A stretch of 29,026 nt of DNA from an uncultured virus (IMG/VR IMGVR_UViG_2523533505_000001). Its lineage: Duplodnaviria; Heunggongvirae; Uroviricota; Caudoviricetes. The position numbers were made by a program, and so were the translations under genes. Positions 23,362 to 29,026 of this stretch are shown one piece after another (within the stretch, counting starts at the first letter, position 1; every line of letters starts with the position of its first letter). The stretch is taken from positions 62,001 through 91,026 of IMG/VR virus record IMGVR_UViG_2523533505_000001; one strand, written 5' to 3'. The notes under the pieces were generated by a model. That model worked only from the letters and a program-made list of their open reading frames with translations. It searched no databases and was not told where the DNA came from.

Positions 23362-24723
23362 ATGAGCGTACCCGCGCAGACCCGCCACAGCGACGACAGC
23401 GGCCTCGACCGGAAGCCCCTGCACGACCAGGACGCCGAGCAGAGCGTCCTCGGCGGCATGCTTCTGTCGAAGGACGCGATCGGCGAGGTGACCGCGGTCC
23501 TGAAGCCGGATCAGTTCGCCGCACCCAAGCACGAGGCGATCTTCCGGGCAATCCTCGACGTCTACGGCAATGGCGACCCGGTCGACCCGATCACCGTGTC
23601 TGCCGAACTGACCAAGCGCGGCGAGATCAGCAAGGTGGGCGGCCCCTCGTACATCCACCACCTCGTCGACACCGTTCCCACAGCCGCGAACGCCGAGTAC
23701 TACGCCGACATCGTCAACGAGAAAGCCATCCTGCGAGGCCTTGCCCAGGCCGGCCAGCGCATCGCCGCCATGGCCTACGCCCAGGAAGGCGAACTCGCCG
23801 ACATCTGCAACCAGGCCCAGACCGCCGTCTACACCGCCACCGAGGTCTCCCACCCCGACGAGGAAGACATCGCCCTCGGCGACGCGATGGAAGGCATGCT
23901 CGACGAGCTGGACGCCATTCAGAACCGCACAGATGAGATCACCGGCGTCCCCACCGGTCTACGCGACCTGGACTCCCTCACCAACGGACTCCAGCCCGGA
24001 CAGCTCATCGTCATCGCCGCCCGGCCCGCCATGGGGAAAACAACCCTGGCCGTGGACTTCGCCCGCTGCTGCTCCATCAAGCACAACCGCACCTCACAGA
24101 TCTTCTCTTTGGAGATGGGCCGCAACGAGCTGGCGATGCGGATCAACTCCGCCGAGGCCCGGGTCGCCCTACACCACATGCGCAGTGGCACGATGACCGA
24201 AGACGACTGGAGCCGCCTCGCCCGCCGCATGCCGGACATCCAGGCAGCCCCGCTCTACATCGACGACTCCCCCAACATCACCCTGAACCACATCCGCTCC
24301 CGCGCCCGGAAGCGCAAGGCGAAGAACGGCCTGGACCTGATCGTTGTGGACTACATCCAGCTGATGGAGTCGGACGGGCGTACGGAGAACAGGCAGCAGG
24401 AGGTCTCGAAGATCTCCCGTGGTCTGAAGCTGCTGGCCAAGGAGTTGCAGGTGCCGGTGATCGCTCTGTCGCAACTGAACCGGGGCCCGGAGCAGCGCCA
24501 AGACAAGAAGCCCGTCATCTCCGACCTGCGCGAGTCCGGCGCGATCGAGCAGGACGCGGACATGGTTGTTCTCCTACACCGCGAGGACGCCTACGAGAAG
24601 GAATCACCGCGGGCCGGCGAGGCAGACCTGATCGTGGCCAAGCACCGAAACGGGCCTACCGCCATCATCACGGCAGCGTTCCAGGGCCACTACTCCCGCT
24701 TTGTCGACATGGCACAGACCTGA
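23362..24723 (+). CDS. dnaB: Replicative DNA helicase
   Basis: AEQSVLGGMLL, AARPAMGKT, FSLEM, VDYIQL, LSQLNR, DLRESGAIEQDAD, AKHRNGPT. ATG at 23362 with GGAG RBS. Confidence 0.97.
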   Translation: MSVPAQTRHSDDSGLDRKPLHDQDAEQSVLGGMLLSKDAIGEVTAVLKPDQFAAPKHEAIFRAILDVYGNGDPVDPITVSAELTKRGEISKVGGPSYIHHLVDTVPTAANAEYYADIVNEKAILRGLAQAGQRIAAMAYAQEGELADICNQAQTAVYTATEVSHPDEEDIALGDAMEGMLDELDAIQNRTDEITGVPTGLRDLDSLTNGLQPGQLIVIAARPAMGKTTLAVDFARCCSIKHNRTSQIFSLEMGRNELAMRINSAEARVALHHMRSGTMTEDDWSRLARRMPDIQAAPLYIDDSPNITLNHIRSRARKRKAKNGLDLIVVDYIQLMESDGRTENRQQEVSKISRGLKLLAKELQVPVIALSQLNRGPEQRQDKKPVISDLRESGAIEQDADMVVLLHREDAYEKESPRAGEADLIVAKHRNGPTAIITAAFQGHYSRFVDMAQT

Positions 24724-24733
24724 ATCCCACCCA

Positions 24734-24762
24734 TTGCGACGCCATGGAGTATGGGTTACGTT
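24734..24762 (+). promoter_or_regulatory. Sigma70-type promoter TTGCGA-N17-TACGTT overlapping a duplicated motif
   Basis: Direct reading. The spacer region matches 27345-27364 at 18 of 20 positions. Confidence 0.6.
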
Positions 24763-24866
24763 GGGTTGGCCCGCCGGGAGTAGAGATCCCGACGGGCACC
24801 CCGTAGGGCCCCAGTGTGGCTGGGCTGCGCCCATCTTCCGTTTCCCCACAGAGAGTTGACCAGATC

Positions 24867-25004
24867 TTGCCCAGCCACAACTACGCCCTGTCCGTCCTGA
24901 TTCCGATCATCGCCGTCTGCTGGATCATCGACCCTGAGCTCGCCCGGGCGATCCTCGCAGCGATAGCCGTCGACGTACTGACCAGCAAGACGCCTACCAC
25001 GTAG
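24867..25004 (+). CDS. Small hydrophobic peptide (~45 aa)
   Basis: TTG start; PSHNYALSVLIPIIAVCWIIDPELARAILAAIAVDVLTSKTPTT, between a promoter and a terminator. The start site is uncertain. Confidence 0.45.
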   Translation: MPSHNYALSVLIPIIAVCWIIDPELARAILAAIAVDVLTSKTPTT

Positions 25005-25011
25005 CCCACCA

Positions 25012-25045
25012 CCCGGCCGCCCCCTGGCGGTCGGGCCTTTGCTGT
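25012..25045 (+). terminator. Intrinsic terminator-like hairpin
   Basis: CCCGGCCGCC-CCCT-GGCGGTCGGG followed by CCTTTGCTGT. Confidence 0.55.
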
Positions 25046-25118
25046 TCCCCTCCGCACTGTCAGTGCCGTACCGCACGATGGAACCCAGAACCGCCCAACA
25101 CCGGCTTGGAGGCCAGTA

Positions 25119-25841
25119 GTGGACGCACCCGCTCTCGCTCACCTCGATGACCGTGACTACGAACAACTCGCCGTCGAGCACGCCCACCCCAAGCGCCGCG
25201 ACTCCGACACCTGGGAACTCCTGACCAGCCCTCAGAACATCGAGCGGACCCGGACCGCGCTGAACACCGTGCACCAGCGCACCGCCGCTGTGCTTCGCCG
25301 GCGGAAGACCGAACGTGAGGCCTTCGAGCAGGAGTGCCGGGCGCGCGGTGGGGCCGGGAAGCAGGAGTGGTTTGCGACGCGGCCCGAGTACGAGAGGTGG
25401 CGGCGCGGCACGGCCAGCTTCCACCAGATGATCCAGGCCGCCATCTCCGAACTGAGCAAGACCCAACGGCGCCACAACCACCGGGCCGCGACGCAGCACG
25501 GTACCCAAGCCGCGCGGGAGTCGTTGCGGAGGCTGGCGATCGCCGTTCAGAGGCACCAGGCCGTTCACGCGAAGACCGGCACGATCGCGGCGCAGGAGGA
25601 CTACGAGCTGTGGCAGTTCCTGGACCAGCTGACCGTACCGTGCGGCCCGAACCAGGAGCCGACCACACTGCGGACGATGCTGGACTTCTACTGGACCGAC
25701 GTCGACGTGGTCAGCCCTTCCGAAGAGGCTCGGGGAAGCGCGGAGCGCGCGATGAAGCAGGCGCCCGCTGGGAGGGCGGCTCAGTACGCCGGCATGCCGA
25801 AGGCCCGGCACGTGGGTAACGAGAAGGGCCTGTCCGCCTAG
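25119..25841 (+). CDS. Hypothetical helical phage protein (240 aa)
   Basis: GGAGG RBS, GTG start, GC-rich third positions. Confidence 0.8.
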   Translation: MDAPALAHLDDRDYEQLAVEHAHPKRRDSDTWELLTSPQNIERTRTALNTVHQRTAAVLRRRKTEREAFEQECRARGGAGKQEWFATRPEYERWRRGTASFHQMIQAAISELSKTQRRHNHRAATQHGTQAARESLRRLAIAVQRHQAVHAKTGTIAAQEDYELWQFLDQLTVPCGPNQEPTTLRTMLDFYWTDVDVVSPSEEARGSAERAMKQAPAGRAAQYAGMPKARHVGNEKGLSA

Positions 25842-25878
25842 CCATCCGACCAGCCAGACCGAAAAGGGATGGATACCG

Positions 25879-26178
25879 ATGACCGACAACGCCCCCGCGT
25901 TCCCGCCTCCAGTGCACGTGTACGCGCTCGCTCACCGCTGCTCGACGTGCCGGGCCGAGCCCGGCATGCCGTGTGATGCCCCGCAGAAGCAGGCCGCGAT
26001 CGACGCCCGGAACGCCATCCGGGAGCAGGCCGGCCAGCCCCCGTTCGAGACAGACCCACTGCACCTGATGCACACCCGGAGGATCGACGCGGGAAGCAGG
26101 CACAGGGGCCGGGACATCGCGGCGGCCCCGTGGCCGGAGGACCGTGTGCCGGGCCGCCGGTACGACACTTTGGGCTGA
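25879..26178 (+). CDS. Phage zinc-finger protein (99 aa)
   Basis: CSTCRAEPGMPC...HTRR pattern, with a purine-rich RBS. Confidence 0.7.
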   Translation: MTDNAPAFPPPVHVYALAHRCSTCRAEPGMPCDAPQKQAAIDARNAIREQAGQPPFETDPLHLMHTRRIDAGSRHRGRDIAAAPWPEDRVPGRRYDTLG

Positions 26179-26203
26179 CCGCAGCGGCGCCCGGCCGCAG
26201 GCA

Positions 26204-26461
26204 TCAGCAGCCGGGCGCCGCCGGTCGCGATCGACCTCCCGGAGGTGATGCGGCCTCGTCGTCCAAGTCGGGCAGGGGCGGGAGTTCAGTGTCGCCCTGG
26301 GACCAATGGTTCACCCACCCACAAATGCCACAAGAATACCGCCCGTTGATCCCTGCGATCTCGGTTCCGCACTGCTGGCAGATGGTGGTGGTGATCGTCC
26401 GACTGGCGAGGAAATCGGCAGCCTTCGCCGCGTCCTCGGCACTGCGTGGCTTCGTGGTCAC
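26204..26461 (-). CDS. Zinc-ribbon protein (85 aa)
   Basis: GTG at 26461 (GTGA overlap). CQQCG...YSCGICGW. Confidence 0.65.
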   Translation of the reverse strand: MTTKPRSAEDAAKAADFLASRTITTTICQQCGTEIAGINGRYSCGICGWVNHWSQGDTELPPLPDLDDEAASPPGGRSRPAAPGC

Positions 26462-26601
26462 GCGGGCGAGCCTATCCGTGGAGCCGACAGCGTCGAGGGC
26501 TGGGCGGGCGGACTGTATCCGGAGATCGGGCCGCACTGGGGGCAGGACCACGATCCGTCGGGGCCCTGCTGGGCGGACCCTCCGCAGTTCGGGCAGTGCA
26601 T
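26458..26601 (-). CDS. Zinc-ribbon microprotein (47 aa)
   Basis: GGGAG RBS and ATG at 26601. MHCPNCGG...WSCPQCG. Confidence 0.6.
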   Translation of the reverse strand: MHCPNCGGSAQQGPDGSWSCPQCGPISGYSPPAQPSTLSAPRIGSPA

Positions 26602-26769
26602 CGTCGACTCCCGGTGGTCTGGTGGGGGTTGCGGCAGGCCTCCAGGATGCGCTCCGGCGCCCGGCCGGCGGTAGAGGGCGGCCGCAGGAGCAGAGCGCTC
26701 GATCCGGGCCCGCACGCGGGGCGTGGCTGGAAGACTGGCCGGACCTGCCGACAACGTCCCGGAGCCTTC

Positions 26770-27168
26770 ATGGACTTGAACCGCACCCCGTCAGAGATCG
26801 CGAGCGAGGCCGCCGAACAGGTGCGCGCTCTGAACCATCGGACTCTGGACACCAAGGTGTTTGCCCAGCCCGGTGACGTATCCGACGTCGCCAACGGCAT
26901 CACCACCCTGCTCGAGCGGCTCCCTCAGACCCTTGAACAACTCGAGGCCGGCCTCACCCAGCTGCACCACGACGGCAGGATTCGCCTCGATGCCAAGCCT
27001 CTGGCCGAAACCTCCCAGCAGGACATCCTGCACGAGGTCGTCACGGTGACGAGCGCCCTGTCCGAGGCCAGGCGTCTCCTGCGGCAGGCGCATGAGGCGA
27101 TGCGGGAGGCGGCCGGGCCGGCGTCGCACATGGGCGGCTTGTGGGAGGACGCCGACGACGAGGAGTGA
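26770..27168 (+). CDS. Hypothetical helical protein (132 aa)
   Basis: GGAG RBS and ATG at 26770 (MDLNRTPSEIASEAAEQVRALNHRT). Confidence 0.75.
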   Translation: MDLNRTPSEIASEAAEQVRALNHRTLDTKVFAQPGDVSDVANGITTLLERLPQTLEQLEAGLTQLHHDGRIRLDAKPLAETSQQDILHEVVTVTSALSEARRLLRQAHEAMREAAGPASHMGGLWEDADDEE

Positions 27169-27289
27169 CGGGAACGGGCCCGGAGTGTCAGTGGGTGGTG
27201 GGAGTCTGGGTGGTGGCCCGCTGTGCGAGGCCGACCTGAGAGCGCCCTCTTGACCCGTTTCTGTTCCCGGTGAGGGGCAAGCTGGGGGG

Positions 27290-27323
27290 AGCCCCCGGAC
27301 CGTGATGGTTCGGGGGCTTCTTC
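27290..27323 (+). terminator. Intrinsic terminator-like hairpin
   Basis: AGCCCCCGGACC-GTGAT-GGTTCGGGGGCT followed by TCTTC. Confidence 0.6.
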
Positions 27324-27335
27324 ATGTCCGCACAA

Positions 27336-27368
27336 CCATGGCCTACGCAATGGAGTATGGGCTATTGT
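27336..27368 (+). promoter_or_regulatory. Second copy of the promoter/operator motif, with -10 TATTGT
   Basis: CCATGGCCTACGCAATGGAGTATGGGCTATTGT aligns with 24731-24762. Confidence 0.6.
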
Positions 27369-27461
27369 GGGGTGTGCCCCAGCCGCCACCAAGCCAGGGG
27401 AACACCCGCGCCCAACAACGCCACCCTGAACAGGCGCCCGCCCCAGCCCCCGGAGCCACCC

Positions 27462-27755
27462 ATGAGAATCCGAGCCGACGTCGCCGAACTCATCCACCAG
27501 GGCTTCAACAACGCCGAAATCCGTGAACGCACCGGACTCGGCCCCCACACCATCACCGCCGCACGCAAACGCCTCCAGCGCGACAACGCCCCCACCCGCC
27601 GAGACGCCACCGCCTTCGAGCGCCTCTACGCCGAGGCCGTCCCGACCGGCCGGGTGAAGGACTGGAAGCCGCCCACCGGCCGCATGCCGCTCTCCCCGGA
27701 CCAGCAGCGCGACCGCCGCGAACGGCTCCTCGCCGCCCTCCGCGACGCCGCCTAG
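27462..27755 (+). CDS. HTH DNA-binding protein (97 aa)
   Basis: GGAG RBS. VAELIHQGFNNAEIRERTGLGPHTITAARKRL HTH pattern. Confidence 0.7.
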   Translation: MRIRADVAELIHQGFNNAEIRERTGLGPHTITAARKRLQRDNAPTRRDATAFERLYAEAVPTGRVKDWKPPTGRMPLSPDQQRDRRERLLAALRDAA

Positions 27756-27825
27756 CCGTCCACCACCGCGCCCGCCCCCATCGCCACCCCCCGCCAACCA
27801 CACTGACCCGCGAGTAAGGAACACC

Positions 27826-28236
27826 GTGACCAGCACCGATCCGGCACCCCACATCCAAGCCACCTGCTACGAGGTGTCGCTCCTGCCTGAGACCGCCGAC
27901 CCCGGCGGCACCTACTCGATCACCGTCGAATACCGAGGCGACAAGCGGTGGGCCGTGCTGCGGCACAGCCTCTGCCTCAGCAGCACCGGCCGGTGGGACC
28001 GCGAACGCGTGACCTCAGAGCGCGAGGAGGACTGGCTGGACGCGCACCGCTTCGACCTGGACACGGCGCTTCGGCTGGCCGGGGAGCAGGCGGTGGACAT
28101 CGCGCCCGCCAAGTGGCGCGGCCGTGAGGACCCGCCCCGGCATGTCGGTGGCGGTGCCAACGCGGAGGACTGCCCGGCCTGCCACGGCACGAACCCGCCA
28201 TACCCGTTCATCTGCCCCGGCCCGACCACCAACTGA
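27826..28236 (+). CDS. Hypothetical phage protein with a C-terminal Cys cluster
   Basis: AAGGA RBS and GTG start. NAEDCPAC...PFICPG. Confidence 0.7.
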   Translation: MTSTDPAPHIQATCYEVSLLPETADPGGTYSITVEYRGDKRWAVLRHSLCLSSTGRWDRERVTSEREEDWLDAHRFDLDTALRLAGEQAVDIAPAKWRGREDPPRHVGGGANAEDCPACHGTNPPYPFICPGPTTN

Positions 28237-28253
28237 CCCACGAGGAGATCACC

Positions 28254-28526
28254 GTGATCACACCCGCCGACGAACTCAGGGCCGCCGCCGCCAAGCTGGC
28301 CCCCAGCTCACCCGCCGTCGCCGCCCACACCGTCGCCGTCCGCCTGCACCCCGACGTCGTGAACGCGCTCGCCGACCTCCTCGTGGCCGTGTCGTACAGC
28401 CACGACGACGAGTCCCTGAACGAGCCCGGTTCGGACCGGCACGACGCCTGCGACCGCACCGTCTGCGCCCCCGCCGCCGCTCTCGCCGTGGCCCGCGCCC
28501 TGACCGCCGTCTCGTCTGTCGTCTGA
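28254..28526 (+). CDS. Hypothetical phage protein (90 aa)
   Basis: GAGGAG RBS. TPADELRAAAAKL...ALAVARAL. Confidence 0.7.
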   Translation: MITPADELRAAAAKLAPSSPAVAAHTVAVRLHPDVVNALADLLVAVSYSHDDESLNEPGSDRHDACDRTVCAPAAALAVARALTAVSSVV

Positions 28527-28550
28527 CCACCCACCACCAGGAGAACCGAC

Positions 28551-28772
28551 ATGACCACGCCCGCCGAAGAGCTGGCCAGGCTTCAGGGCCTGATCGACCG
28601 ATGTGACCCCGAAGCCCTGATCGACCTTCTGGACGCGCGCCGAGAGCGGACCATCGCCCGCCTGCGTACCGCCCTCGGAGATCTGCGAGCGGACACCGAG
28701 GCCCGAGCGGCGGCGCACCAGAGGCTGGCCGACCGGATCGCCCGAGCGCGCCCCGCCTCGCCTGCTGTGTGA
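28551..28772 (+). CDS. Hypothetical protein (73 aa)
   Basis: AGGAG RBS, ATG start, helical. Confidence 0.65.
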   Translation: MTTPAEELARLQGLIDRCDPEALIDLLDARRERTIARLRTALGDLRADTEARAAAHQRLADRIARARPASPAV

Positions 28773-28817
28773 GCCCCGCCCCCGCACCCCACCCCAACCC
28801 ACACCACGGAGACCCAC

Positions 28818-29026
28818 GTGACCCCGTACTGGGAAGACCCCGACACCGGACTGCAGCTGTACTGCGGCGACATGCGGGACGTGCTCCCCGCCCTCGGCGT
28901 ACAGGCCGACTGCCTCATCGTCGATCCGCCCTACGCCGAAACCCGCCTCGCCTGGGACCGCTGGCCCGACGGCTGGCTGAAGGTCGCCGCCGCCCACAGC
29001 AACTCGATGTGGTGCTTCGGCAGCCA
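28818..29026 (+). CDS. DNA N6-adenine/N4-cytosine methyltransferase, N-terminal part (truncated by the window)
   Basis: Manual translation MTPYWEDPDTGLQLYCGDMRDVLPALGVQADCLIVDPPYAET...; N-terminal DPPY catalytic motif (beta class). GGAG RBS. Confidence 0.85.
   Translation, partial: MTPYWEDPDTGLQLYCGDMRDVLPALGVQADCLIVDPPYAETRLAWDRWPDGWLKVAAAHSNSMWCFGS

Larger units (their letters stand above)
1..29026. mobile_element. Interior of a prophage-like element carrying a phage head/packaging module, a TraB/Spd-type conjugation module and an initiator+DnaB replication module
   Basis: Contiguous terminase-portal-scaffold-capsid genes, FtsK-type translocase with DUF2637 gene and GntR regulator, rep+dnaB, and dense small ORFs. 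No housekeeping context or element boundaries are visible. Confidence 0.88.

Noticed and set aside
24756..25889. 377-aa minus-strand ORF
   Set aside because: Shadow of the plus-strand gene 25119..25841, which has an RBS and better codon bias.

Overview
High-GC actinomycete DNA (Streptomyces-like by codon style and protein content). The whole window looks like the interior of one mobile element. The left arm (minus strand, ~1-9120) is a phage DNA-packaging and head module: small and large terminase, portal, scaffold, head decoration protein, major capsid protein, a possible head adaptor and a MuF-like minor head protein. No tail genes are visible. A lone plus-strand lipoprotein gene follows. 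Next is a ~10 kb minus-strand region (10179-20549) resembling the transfer/spread region of Streptomyces conjugative plasmids and AICEs: an FtsK/SpoIIIE TraB-like translocase, a DUF2637/Spd-like membrane protein and many small ORFs. It is transcribed divergently from a GntR/UTRA (KorSA/TraR-like) regulator across a palindromic operator. The right arm (plus strand) holds a phage-type replication initiator with internal iterons, a DnaB helicase, small zinc-finger and HTH ORFs, and the start of a DPPY DNA methyltransferase. The main observation is an apparent phage-conjugative element hybrid. Notable DNA-level signals are a polar TGGCAG repeat field (candidate clt), a GGCCCCGCGCCT hairpin motif before three packaging/head genes, and a duplicated promoter/operator motif. 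No integrase, att site, tail or lysis genes, tRNA or CRISPR array were seen. Family assignments come from motif recognition and synteny, not database searches.
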